Positions 14,600 through 27,932 are shown, counted from the first letter of the stretch. The stretch is 64,000 nucleotides of DNA from Eledone cirrhosa (GCA_964016885.1 OZ024741.1:207142001-207206000); one strand, 5' to 3'. Numbers and translations: made by a program. The notes: generated from the letters alone by a model not told the origin.

Positions 14600-17500
14600 A
14601 TGCTTATATAAATCTGACCCTTCGTCTGTATGTATCCTACACACCTCCCTATACTATTTGACCTAAAATACTTTTATATCATAGTGAAGCATTTCCAATT
14701 CATTATACGTAAACAATGACATTAACTTTTCGCTTTTAGCTTAGCATTGTACATTCAATGCCACCACTTTTATAATGCAACTTTTTATTTAAACGACTAT
14801 GTGCTCTATGTGGTTCAGTATTTAACCTAAAATACTTTTACACTACTTATACGATATGCCTAACCGAAAACGACCAGTATTTTCTTCTAAACGAAATAAA
14901 GCCCTTAAAAATTGCTAAGAATGGAGGCGCATGCGCAGGTATGTTTTTTATCTATATCCTTTGTTATTTCGCTTCTTTTATCTCCATAAAAATATTATTT
15001 CTGTTTTGAGAATGTGTAAAACAGTAGTGGCCGAGTTAAAGCATTCAGTTTTTCTTTTAATTCCAGGAGACATCGGATGCAAGGGAGACCCGTCTTACTG
15101 CCCAGTGCATTCAGCGCCAACTCTCACGTCTCGATGAGACTGCGGAGGCAAGGGAGGCCCATCTTGCTGCCGAACGCAATCAGCGCCAACTCTCACTCCT
15201 CAAGGAGACTCTGGAGGCAAGGGAGGCCCGTCTTTCTGCCCAGCGCGATCAGCGCCAAAGCTCACGTCTCGACGAGACTCCGGTGGCAAGGGAGGAGCGT
15301 CTTTCTGACCAGCGCACACGACGTCAACGCTCACGTCTCAATGAGACTCCGGGGGCAAGGGAAGAAAGGCTGGCAGGTAGACGGTGTAAACGTCAATAAC
15401 ATGCTGCTATTACAAGGGACACTTTTTGCTTAAAAGCTGGCTTTAACTACAACCCTTCCGATGAATACACCAATCACCCAGATTTGGCTCTTGGAAAAAT
15501 GGATAAGGTATATCAGTCCTATGGGGCTAAGAAGTGGGTCAGTGAGGCTCCAGGTCTTTGCTGTTCCGGGGGCAAAGTTCGACTTCAGGCGCTGGCAGAT
15601 CCTCCTGATTTGCTGCAAAATCTTCTCGTTGGTAACTCTGACCACGGAGTGAAGTTTTGCAAAATGCTTCGCTATGACATCATTTGGTGTAAGGGATGGC
15701 AGAAACAACAAAAAGAACAACAACAACAGCAACAACACCGGTGTCGCCAGAAATTGTGACAACAACGAAGAAAGAAAGAAACACTTTACACCTACAAAAT
15801 TCAAGGTCAGTGTTACCACCTAATGGGAAGCCTTCGCTCACAGCTAGGCGTGGAGCCTAAATTCCTCCAGGTATTCTTCATGGGCGGGAATGATGAGGAA
15901 GTTTCCTAAAAGATACAAGATCAATTCATCTGTTGACGGGAACATTGTTGCGGAACTTCAAACTATGCTCCATGCAACCCATCCGTACGTGAAGAGTGCT
16001 TTGGAGCTTTTGGACTCTAGACATGAGATGAAATTGGTCATCAGAACTGACAGACGACCTGCGGGTGGGCATCATGGATGTGTCAACGCTCCAACTACCA
16101 ACGAGGTAGCAGCAATCATGGTTGACGAAAATCATGGTGCACGTGACATTGCATAACAGACTGACGTTCGTTGCAGAAACCCATCGGTTGAACGATTTCT
16201 TGCAGTACCCTCTTCTTTTTCCGTACGGCGAGGACGGCTACAACTTCGAGATTCCCACAATTGATCTGAAAAGTCTTGTTGCTTTACCAAAGAAAGTTTC
16301 CAGCATGGATTTTTATGCATACCAACTCATGATCAGAGACGGTCAATTCCAGCAACTAGTTAGGTTCAAAGAGCTGACAAACCAGTTCTATGTACACAAA
16401 AATTGAAGCGGAACGTCTTCTGTACATATGTACCCATCAAAAAGAACTAAGAGGGGTTCAATAAGCTCATCTTAAGGATGCTTTGCAGCGTGACGGTGAC
16501 GCCACCAATGTTGGGCATCAGGTGATCCTTCCTTCAAGCTTTAGTTGCTCACCCCCGGTACATTCATAAACGGACACAGGATGCCATGGCATATATCCGT
16601 AAGTTTGGGCAGCCGGATCTTTTTATTACCTTCACGTGTAATCCTAATTGTGTGGAGATTAAGGAGAATTTATTCGCGGGCCAGGTGACGAGTGACAGGC
16701 ATGATATTACAGCCAGAGTCTTCCACGGAAAGTTGAAGAAACTAATGTGCTTGCTGAAAGATAAGGCCATCTACGGACAACTCAATGCTTGGATGTATAC
16801 TGTGGAATGGCAGAAGCGGGGTCTTCCACACGCACATATTCTTATTTGGTGCAAAGAACGAATCAGACCTACGGACATTGATCGCGTTATATGTGCAGAG
16901 TTGCCCGATCCCCAAATTGATTTGCAGCTTTACAACATTGTGCTGGTTAATATGATACATGGATCCTGTGGTGCTCTCAACATCCAAAATTCATGCATGG
17001 AGGGGAACAATTCTACCAAACACTACCCCCGGCGCCTTTACCAGGGAAACTTGCACTGGGGTTAACGGCTATCCCATCTACGGGCGGCGTGCTCCCAATT
17101 TAGGCGGCCTTTCGGCTAGGATTAAGAAGAAAGGGAAATAATACGATATTGACAACAGCTGGGTGGTGCCTTACAGCCCTTTGCTTGCTGAAATTGTTAA
17201 TGATCACATCAATGTGGAGTCCTGCACATCTGTTAAAAGCATTAAATACATATGCAAATACATCAACAAAGGCGGCGACATGGCGGTGGTTGGCCTCAGT
17301 GATGGGGTAGAATCAAAAGACGAAATTACTCAGTTCATGATGGGAAGATACATTTCGTCCAATATGGCGGCTTGGCGCATTTTGGGGCTTAAAATTCACC
17401 GGTGCTCTCCAGCAGTTGTTAACTTGGATGTTCACTTAGAGAATGGTCAACGCGTTTATTTCACTGGGGAAACCGCATCGCCTGCTGCCGAATAGCCACC

Positions 17501-19738
17501 TGAGACGACGGTTACAGCATTTTTTAAGCTATGATCTGTCGATACGTTTGCAGTTACCCTTTTTTACGTCGATGTACCTACCTACTTCACTTGGTCGAAC
17601 AAAAAATGGCATCGGCGGCGACAAGGGGAAAAAGGTGAGGATTGGGTAGGTGTCTTTAGAAGTAATGCCATCGGACGCGTGTACAATGTTCATTCGAAGC
17701 AACAAGAAGGCTTTTTCCTGCGAATGTTGCTGCATCAAATCAAAGGGCCCAAGTCATTCGCCGACTTAAGACTTTTCAATGGCCACATTTGTTCCAGTTA
17801 CAGGGACGCGTGCGTGAAGCGCGGGCTACTCGAGGAAGATGCCCACCTGAACGTGGCGTTGACAGAGGCTGCTGAATGTAAGATGCCTCGAGAAATGAGA
17901 CGTCTGTTTTGCATAATGCTGTTGTTCTGCGGCATAGGTGAGGCCCTTAAGCTTTGGGAAACGCATAAGGACAATATGTCAGAGGACATCCTCCGTAGAC
18001 TACGAGCAGAAGATCCAGCGGCTGGCTTTGCTTTCAACGACGCGGTGTACAATGAGGCCCTCATCGACATGGACAACCATCTTAAAACTCTTGGGGTTGG
18101 CGGTGTATCTGATTTCGGTTTGCCACAACCTCGAAACACTCACAGTGCTTTAGATGTGGAGTTCATGCGTGAGTTAAATTACAACATCGACGATATGACA
18201 CATCAGGTAGCTCAGGACGAACCCAGACTTTTGCATGACCAGAGACGGGCATATGACAGAATTCTCTCCAGTGTCAATTCAAATGAGGGACGGCTATTTT
18301 TCCTGGATGCTCCTGGCGGAACAGGAAAAACTTTTCTCATCAAGCTTTTGCTTGCGAAGCTACGAAAAGACAAGCCGATTGCTTTAGTGGTCGCCTCCAG
18401 TGGTATTGCGGCGTACGACATGGCGGGCGTACGACACACTCCGCATTCAAATTGCCTTAGGACATTACAAAGAAGGAGAGTCCTACATGTAGAATAGATC
18501 GTGGCGACCCTAAAGCACATCTTCTTTCTGAGTGCTGCCTGATCATATGGGACGAGGCTACCATGAGTCACAAGGTGGCCTTTGAGGCTCTGGATCGAAC
18601 TCTCAAGAACTTGCGTCCAAACTCACGCGTCATGGGTGGAGCGACAGTACTGCTGGCTGGCGATTTCCGACAGACTCTTCCTGTTTTCACTAGAGGCACT
18701 AGAGCTGACGAAGTGAACGCATGCATCAAGTCGTCCTACGTATGGCAGTATGTCCACAAACTACATCTGACTACCAACATGAGATCACATGTGCATGGTG
18801 ACGCAGACTCCATCGATTTCTCAAAACATCTACTGGAAGTTGGTAATGGAACTACACCTGGAGTGGATGAAGAGCATATCCGTTTGCCTTTTGAGAACTT
18901 TGTGTCAAACATTGACGAATTAATATCCTCTGTATTTCCAGGCCTTGAATCACGATTCCATGCTCACACCTGCCTGAAAGGCATAGCTATTTTGGCACCA
19001 CACAATGCCACTGTTGACGTGATGAACCAAAAACTACTGGATCAGATTCCCGGAAATGAAGTCTCCTTCAAGTCGATTGACACCAATAAAATCGTGGACG
19101 ACGCCGTCATCTACCCAATTGAATATTCCTCAACAGTCAACTACATCCAGGACTTCCACCTCATGATCTGAAACTGAAGGTTGGTGTGACAGTTATGCTG
19201 CTGAGAAACCTGGATGAACCAGAACTATGCAACGGAACGCGTTTAATCATTAAAAAAATAAGGACCCAAATTCTGGAGACAACCATTTTGAGCGGACCCG
19301 CTGCTGGCGTGACCAGGTTAATTACCCCTATGAGCCTTAGTCCCTCTGACATCCCCTATAAATTTACGCGACTGCAGTTTCCCATAAAACTCTGCTTTGC
19401 AATGAGCATTAACAAAGCACAAGGACAATCGCTGCAAGTGGTTGGCCTAAATCTAACACAGCAGGTATTTGCCCATGGTCAACTATACGTCGGATGGTCC
19501 CGCGTCGGCAGTCCACACAATCTCTTCATTTGTGGTAACCCAGGCAACACTAGGAACGTTGTCTACAAAGAAACCCTGCAATAGCATCTTTGAACCCTAC
19601 TCCACCCAACGTCTCTCTGTCAAACCACTCTCTTCATGCCACCCCTCAACTTATTAACTTAATAAAAAGTGACCCCGAGCATATATATATATATATACTA
19701 GCAGCTGAGCCCGGTTGCACTCGGGGCTGCTCGGGGTC

Positions 19739-19739
<1 letters not shown>
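14600..19739 (+). mobile_element. decayed autonomous Helitron (5' end approximate, 3' terminus inverted)
   Basis: RepHel remnants; the hairpin-plus-CTAG terminus is present but flipped at 19698-19739. Confidence 0.85.
14856..19584 (+). pseudogene. Helitron RepHel transposase (STPR-like repeats, HUH Rep, PIF1 helicase)
   Basis: PDLFITFTCNP, VEWQKRGLPHAHIL, KYICKYINKG, FFLDAPGGTGKTF, GDFRQTLPV, LCNGTRL, FAMSINKAQGQSL, HGQLYV; many frameshifts. Confidence 0.93.
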
Positions 19740-19775
<36 letters not shown>

Positions 19776-19815
19776 AGGATGTGAGAAAAACCACAAACCC
19801 TCCATCTCAACTCTA

Positions 19816-19851
19816 CTTTTGAAAAGCAGACGAACTGCGAAACCGGTAAAG
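19816..19851 (+). ncRNA. minimal hammerhead, U3-A8 core variant
   Basis: CTT-TTGAAAA-GCAG-ACGAA-CTGC-GAAA-CCGG-TA-AAG; lies in a repeat also found at 58480-58660, 58970-59090 and, more diverged, 39060-39430. Confidence 0.7.
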
Positions 19852-19979
19852 CAACCAAATAAATATATATTTTTAAAAAAAAGACTCCAGTTGCATTTTC
19901 GTTTTCATCTTTTTCCCTTATACTTTCACTCGTGTAGGACACCTAAGGTTTTTATCATTTTGTAAAAAAACCTCACTTA

Positions 19980-20056
<77 letters not shown>

Positions 20057-20687
20057 GTATATTGAAACGATATCCAAAATGTTTTCATATACCAAATTGA
20101 CAAACTATTGGTATTATAATAAATGTAATCATTTAAAGAAAGAATCAAGCCCAAATCCCCTAAAGCGGCCAATTCACGAATCCCAAAGATAACGCATATG
20201 ATCAATTTTAAAGGAAACTGCACACTAACTAGTTACATACTCTAGCAAAACACGTGAATGACTCGACATGATCTCAAAATAACGTTTAACAGGAGAGTAG
20301 ATATTACAGGATAGGTCAAAGTAAGTGCTAATGATAGCCTAAGACAAGTCCCTTTATGGCAACTCTAGAAATTTAAAATTATATACTATAATTAAATTTA
20401 ATCTATACATATAAAATATATATTATTTTACTCAACAAAGAAAGTCCATGAGCATTAAACTCAAAGAGTCAATTATACATATTTAAACACTATACAATAT
20501 GTTTTTCCATATATCAAGTTGAGAAGCTACTAGTATTATGTACATATATATCTTATAAGTTAATTTCTCTGAGCGTGTGTGTGTTTGTATGTGTGTCTAA
20601 CAAATGTGTTTGAAACATCTTTCATCATTGGTTTACATTATGCTTAACAAAAATAATTTTTGACATTGTAATGATATTTATCAGGAT

Positions 20688-20749
<62 letters not shown>

Positions 20750-20751
20750 AA

Positions 20752-20831
<80 letters not shown>

Positions 20832-21057
20832 TGATAAGCATTATGTCAACTAATGATGAAAGATGTTTCAAACACATTTGTTAGACACACACACGCTCAG
20901 AGAAACTTGTAAGATACGCGAAACAAGGTGGCTATCTTGTAAGACGATTTATCAAATAAAAACTTTCATACTTACATTTATAAGGAGAACATAATCCATA
21001 TATATCTGATATGTGAGCTTAAGTTTTATATGTTTAAATTAAACCTAAAAAATTTGT

Positions 21058-21397
21058 CGATCGACTTTCGTCAAATCGGACCGAGGAAACAATGTTTCCA
21101 TTGGTCTTTCTAATTGCTATTACTATCTATCGGTCGCAACTCCAGGTAGAAGTAGCAACGTGAAATAAAGTGTCTTGCTCAAGGACATAACGCATCACCC
21201 GGTCCAGGAATCGAACTGACAACCTCACGATTGCGAATCTAGTTCTCTAACCAATCAGCCATACGCCTCCATAAATTGTCAGTTCGATTCCTGGACCAGG
21301 CGATGCGTTATGTCCTTGAGCAAGACACTTTATTTCACGTTGCTCCTTCTACCTGGAGTTGCGTCCGATAGATAGTATGAGCAATTAGAAAGACCAA
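21058..21397. mobile_element. SINE family A (minus, 21058-21268) with a head-to-head inverted partial copy (21276-21397)
   Basis: Matches 237-447; the second arm is the reverse complement of about 21099-21223 with a few substitutions. Confidence 0.85.
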
Positions 21398-21492
21398 ATT
21401 AAACCTAATTATAGTATATATAAGTATAAAGGATAATGTGCTCAAGTGAAGAGATGCTATAAAATAGCTTATAAAAACAGCGTGTATATCTT

Positions 21493-21493
<1 letters not shown>

Positions 21494-21534
<41 letters not shown>

Positions 21535-22075
21535 CTTCTTCTTCTTCTTCTTCTTCTTCTTCTTCTTCTTCTTCTTCTTCTTCTTCACTCAATTATTCTA
21601 GCAGGTCCTGTCAGAGGCAACCATATCCAAATGATCCGGCTGGATTTCCAAGCGAGACCATCCAAGCTCAAGGATGTTATCCAACCATTTTGTTCGGGGT
21701 CTACCCATGGGTCCCCTACAGGTTTGTTTAGCCCGTAAAATATGTCCAAAGATTCTTTCCTGAGACATTCTAACCACATGGGCATAGTATCGGAGCTGTA
21801 ATCTCTCAACTCAGAGAAGTGACGGCTGTACCTGAAGTGACTCTCTGATCACCGAGCTACGCACTCTATCGGAGTAACGTTAAGGAGGAACGCCATTTCG
21901 GAGGAACCCCATTTCGACCGCGTGTATTCCTTCGGTCATTACACAAGATTCATAACTATAGGTAAGGGTTTGCGCCAATACGGAATTGGAGATAGCGAGT
22001 TTGGCTTTTACACCTACCTCTTCTCTTCTGATTACCGAATGCTTAAGTTGGCGCATTACTGCACCAGATCCTGCA
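21494..22075 (-). mobile_element. RTE-type LINE 3' fragment with (AAG)n(AAC)n tail
   Basis: Minus strand translates LTYSYES, ERLQLRYYAHVVRMSQER and GRPRTKWLDNI, followed by a trinucleotide-repeat tail. Confidence 0.75.
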
Positions 22076-22124
22076 CTTAATGCAGTAAGGCCGCAAGGGA
22101 AGATGAAATCCGACCCGAGATGTT

Positions 22125-23442
22125 AACAGCCGTAAATAAAGAAGGTATTCACTGGCTGACTCGTGTTTTGATGTGTTGGTGGTATATTTATGATTTGTTT
22201 ACACTTATATGTGTTGTAAGCACTTATATTCTGTTGTATATTCTTGGTAGTGGAGTAGGAAAATTTGATAGTAGATCTATTTAAAATTTGATGGTATTTA
22301 TGGTTTGGTGGGAAGTTTTTCTCTAGGATAGCAAATAATTGTTTAGGGATATGGTCTTTAATCTGGAGATTAAATGGAGCGTTATACCAAGTAACTCGTC
22401 TATTACGGTTTCGACATTGTTTCTTATATTTATATGATGTATCGGGAGGTTTACTGAGAGAGTTACTATTAGTGATTTTATTATATATAGGTTTAGTTAG
22501 ATTAATTGATTTAGGTGCTTTAGTCTGATTACTAGGAATTTTGTTAGTTATGCTGTTGACATATGTTCGAGTATTAGGGTGAATGGTTTTTTGAAAGTCA
22601 TTATCTTTTATGTGAGAAGAGGTAGAGAAATTAAGTTTTGGGTTGGAGTTTTTAGGTGTAGTATGAGTGGCATTTAGGTGTGGGTTTTTCATTTGGTGTT
22701 TGTTGGTAATATTAGGTTGTATGTTTGAAATATTATTGGTGCAAGACTAATTTTTCTTGTGGCCGCTTCTAGCTAAAGCTTCATTATAAAAGGGCGCATT
22801 TTTATCGAATACATCATGATTTGATGAAAGGTTAGAGATTCTGAGTGAGATATTATATGCTAGGTTTTAAGGATATATATAGGGGGATTAGATTGTGAGT
22901 GTATGTAATGCAAGTTTTGGTTAGGTTTATGGTAAGGTTGGTAGATACCCGTAGATAGGTCCATAGTTATATCTAGGAAATTGACTATTTTACTGGTATT
23001 TTCAAATGTAATATTGAGTTTAAAATAGTCTTTGAGGAAAGTTCTCATAAGTTATTTTTATTTATTTCAATTTCTGATAGGCTAAGATTAGTGGTGATTA
23101 CATCACGATATAAACCACCTTTAAGGTGGGGAAAAGATGAATTAATGTTAAATAGAAGAAAGAGGCCCACAAGATCGGTAATTTGGGCAGAATCACTAGA
23201 GCCCATAGTTATGTTGGAGAGATTACTATATGTATTTCAAGTCCAATACTCCTTCTGAAATAAATCCTCTGCTTCATTTCTACAATTCGATATAGACGCA
23301 TATTATTCCTCTATATCACCCATACTCCTTAACAAAGCCTTGATATTTGCCAAAAATAGATCAGACTTAACTATGGATGACATCAATATTATCACGTACG
23401 CTAGACAAACACTACTTGAATTTCAGAAGGAGTATTGGACCA
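22125..23442 (-). mobile_element. Naiad-like PLE remnant with its upstream RT segment (23262-23442) inverted
   Basis: ITMGSSDSAQITDLVG, GGLYRD, VNFLDITMDL, PYHKPN, RRVTWYNAPF, NFPPNHKY, KFSYS. Confidence 0.8.
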
Positions 23443-23799
23443 GAAATACATATATAGGTGAAGGTATATATACATGTATAGGTGAAGGTTTTTATATGTC
23501 TTCTGATAATTTATATTTTTTTATAAAGATCTTTAACATGATATATATACCAACACACATATATATTCCAGAAACGATCGTAAAATGATAAATTTTTAAA
23601 TATAACGAACCTGTTCTTTGTTTTTATTTCATTGTTTTTATTAATTTATCTTGACTCTGTTTTCCTATGATTTTTATCGTTGATTTTTGAATGCATTTTC
23701 TCTTTTAATGATATCTTCTATATTTGGATTACATTGAGTTCTTCATACGGATTGGACACTACCGTTTATTTTGGTAGATTTATCTACACACACACATAT

Positions 23800-24070
23800 A
23801 TATATATATATTTCGTTTCTGAATTTGTTTAGCAAGATTCTTTATCTGAAAACGTGTGTTGAAACCGATATTGTTATGCTTTGGGAGGGTCATGTTGCCA
23901 ATAAGAAACACACGCACCAGTTGCTTTCACTCCAATTTATAAATTCATAAATTTATAAATTCATAAATTCTTAAATTTATAAATTTAATTTATAATAAAT
24001 TGGAGTGAAAGCAACTGGTACGTGTGTTTCTTGTTGGCAACATGACCCTCCCAAAGCATAACAATATATA
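23800..24070. repeat. fold-back of a dispersed repeat (family also at 38840-39010, 41190-41360, 47080-47380)
   Basis: TTGTTATGCTTTGGGAGGGTCATGTTGCCAA..CTTTCACTCCAATTT and its reverse complement. Confidence 0.8.
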
Positions 24071-24947
24071 TATATATATATACATATACATGACACCATT
24101 AATTTAATTGTGTATACATATATATATATATACATATAAAAAATTAAATTAAGGGTGTCAGTCCGAGAGGCATGCGCCATATCCACTGTAGAATATGCTC
24201 AAAGATTCCAATGAATAGATCCGAGCATTTTATATCAACTAGAAATTGATTGACATATATATATCTAAAATAAACATATGAAACAATTACAGGGAATAAT
24301 TTGTAAAGTGTTTAAGCACACACAGCTAGGTAGGTAACTAATTAAAGTTTAACTAGAACTTACAGGGGATATGGCGCATGTCTCTCGGACATGACACCCT
24401 TAATTTAATTTTGGATATATATACGACCCGTTAATTGTAGAGCTAACTCAGTTGAAAAGACTCGGCTACTATTTCTAGTTTTCGATAATCCTATTCACGC
24501 CACGGGGATGACTCTGCTACGATGTGTGTATTTAAAAAAAATGCAACACGTGCTACTTGTCATTCGCAGATTTGCATTTGTTGTGTAAACACAGATAGTT
24601 AAATCTCCCTTGTTGAAAATCCGGGATTTGACTACTGTGATTTACCGATCGATTGATGGTGAATTATATTTCTTTAATGAAATATATACAAGGAAGATTA
24701 ATCATTTTAAAAGGTATCTTTATTTAAAGTTCTAGTTAAACTTTAATTAGTTACCTACCTAGCTGTGTGTGCTTACAGACTTTACAAATTATTCCCTGTG
24801 ATTGTTTCATATGTTTATTTTAGATATATATATATGTCAATCAATTTCTAGTTGATATATATATATATATATATTAGAAAATGTGTGAGATCCTTGGTAC
24901 AGTTAGGTATATTTGAAAAAAAGGAAAAGAAGGACTTCACATTTTTT

Positions 24948-25003
<56 letters not shown>

Positions 25004-25019
25004 TACATACATAATACGA

Positions 25020-25260
25020 AAGCATACTGGTGGAATGTTCCAGTCAAAACCCCAATAAAATGCAAGCATAACAGACCAGATATAATGATATGGGACAGCA
25101 GATGCCAATATAATATTGAAGATTAGCGAAAAGAAGAATATCTATGTAGAACTAATGAGAAATCTGCAGATACTCCACCCTGACTATACCTTCAAATTTA
25201 TACGTGTGATTATTGGGGCATTGAGATATGAGGCACTGAGATATGTTAGTAACTGTCTCA
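25020..25260 (+). mobile_element. restriction-like endonuclease fragment of an R4/Dong-type non-LTR element
   Basis: YWWNVPVKTPIKCKHNRPDIMIWD...ISEKKNIYVELMRNLQILHP..VIIGAL. Confidence 0.7.
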
Positions 25261-26071
25261 TACATACAATAACATCCATGCCTACACACGCATGCATGCA
25301 GACATGCAGACATATCTGCCTAGTTGATGTATAAATTGCAATGAGAGAGTCTTGTATCTATGTGAGAAACCGACTCTCTCTCTATTAGCAAAAAACTGTG
25401 AAATTATAAAACCAGAAGAACATACATACATACATACGTACAAACATACATGCATACATACATATATGGTGGCTGCCAACTCGTTTTCGAGTACGACCAC
25501 TACTTTATATCTATGTAGGAGAACCCCTACCGATGCGCTGAATGAGTGTGACTTTTTAGTCCAGCCAGTGACTTGAAAACTCTGGTACAAACACTACACT
25601 TGTGACAATTATTGACACATAGTGCTGGGCCCATGGTACCATGTGACAACAAGTGCAGAGAGATCTCCAGATATAAAGCAATGCCTGTGCTGTGAAGCTT
25701 TTATAGTGAGCAACATTGGATACCATCAGGGTTGCAGGTGTTATATCAGAGTTTTCCTTCTCCTTGAATTCTGCCTTGACAAAGGCTAAGAGGTCATCTC
25801 TCCCGGTGATTTTGGATGGCCATTGACTCTTAAGAGCTCCTTGCCCTTTGACAGGTTTTGTTTTTAGTCCTGCAGGATTTCCAAAGTCACCATCCTCACC
25901 AAGAAACCTTGGTAGGGTTGCCAGTTTAGTCGCCAACGACCCGACCATGGGACAGGTTGTACTGGGATACATGTTACCAGTAGCACCAACTGGTGACCTG
26001 ACATACATACATACATACATACATACATACATACATACATACATACATACATACATACATACATACATACA

Positions 26072-26102
<31 letters not shown>

Positions 26103-27369
26103 TTCTGTGTGAGTGTTTAAGGTTTCCATTTGATTAGTTGGTTGCTTCGATTCTCCCCTTTGAATGAAATATATAATGAATGTAATCAGTCGAATAAGTC
26201 TAAATCTGTATCTATGAATACATTTTCATTTTCATTTCCTTTAGTAGCAATTCTTCCATAATCAAGATACAAAAAATCATAACGTTTTTTATTATAGAAT
26301 ATTTGAATCGTATATCATCTTAATGTAATGTAAATACATTTGAAAGTAAAGAAACCACCTTGTATTTTGGATGAAGATAAACACTGTGGTGGATTAAGGG
26401 GAAAGGGACGAATAAATTACAGATTAAATAATTAACTTAGAGTCGTAGATTTTCAATTCGGCGAGGCCAATTGGCAAATGGTAATCATTTTGCATTCACG
26501 ATTTTTTTCGATCTTATATCTTCTTAATGTAATACAAAAACTTTTCAAAGTTAAGACAGATTTATATTTCAGAACGAAATTTGAGGGAAGAAATAGTATA
26601 GAATGTTACGGAAGAATAGAATAGTATGTTACAGATTAATTTATTAATATGGAATCATAGATCTTCAGTTCAAAGAAGCCAAGTAGCAAATGGTAATGAC
26701 TCTGTTTTTCGGGGTTTATTTATTTTATAGAAAACATACATAGATAGAGCAATGGGAGAAAGAGAGGGGCTGAGCGTTGAACTTCAAAAGATAAATTTAC
26801 GGTATTTCTGCCCGAAAGATAAATCGTAATCAACTTTTTTTTTTAGATATTTTTTATTTTTATGAAAGATAAAGAGTGTGTAAGAGAGGGAGAGACGAGC
26901 AAGCGTATCAACGGGGTAGTGACGTTACCCACAATTAATTCATGGAGGTGATATAAGCATTTGAGAATTCAGGAGTTCAAGAAAACATTTTTTTTTAGTT
27001 AAAGGCATCACCATCAATTCATGTATTTCCAACGAGACTTCGAAATACATCTCTTTGTTTATTATGTTTCGGCTATTGCTCAATATTTAGCATGTTTACC
27101 TGCTGTCAACAGTGTGAGAACTAACTGGCTGGAACATTTCCAATAACTGCGAGTCTTTGCTTCAAACATCTTCAATTCGATCATTCTTCTTGAATGAATG
27201 TGACAAATTATTTGGACTAAATATAACTCTCGTCTTAGCAATATTTACTTAGAAATTATTCCATAAATCTAATGACACACGCGCGCACACACACACACAT
27301 ACACACAGACACAAACACACAAACATATATATGTATATATACTTACATACATACATATATATATACTTA

Positions 27370-27790
27370 AGAGAGTATTGAAGTTTGCTTGAAACATTGT
27401 GGAATAATAAAATTTATTATCTTTTGGTCGTTTTCGAAGCCTCAACAATGCAGATGGGTAATTCTTCGGGTAACAGGATCCGGTGGTGAAGAGAGAGATG
27501 TAAGGGAGTATAGAATGTGATGTATAGTATGTAGAGGAACGTAGGAAAGAGCGCAACAATAAAAATAATAACACGGGATGTAAGCGAATGTAGAATCAGA
27601 TGTAAAGTGTGTGTAGGAAAGAGCGTAAAAAAAAATAAAAATAATAACACGAGATAGAGTTACCCTGGGAGAGATTTAATTGTCCCTATATTTCGGATTC
27701 GCATCCATCAATTGGGGATTTTTCCGGGGGGAAAGGTTATCTGTCGGAGACGAATGGAACGTGTCCTCTGCTGTTGGCTGTTCGTGACTA
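27370..27790 (-). repeat. solo copy of the segment that follows the Penelope element (46490-46845)
   Basis: Reverse-complement similarity, e.g. GGGACAATTAAATCTCTCCCA and CACCACCGGATC. Confidence 0.75.
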
Positions 27791-27831
27791 ATACTTATAT
27801 ATATATACTGACATACATATATATATATACT

Positions 27832-27932
<101 letters not shown>

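Noticed and set aside
15077-15433. 118-aa repetitive ORF (RLRRQGRP repeats) in the Helitron
   Set aside because: Alternative frame of the 69-nt repeats; the ET..RE.RL frame fits the STPR pattern.
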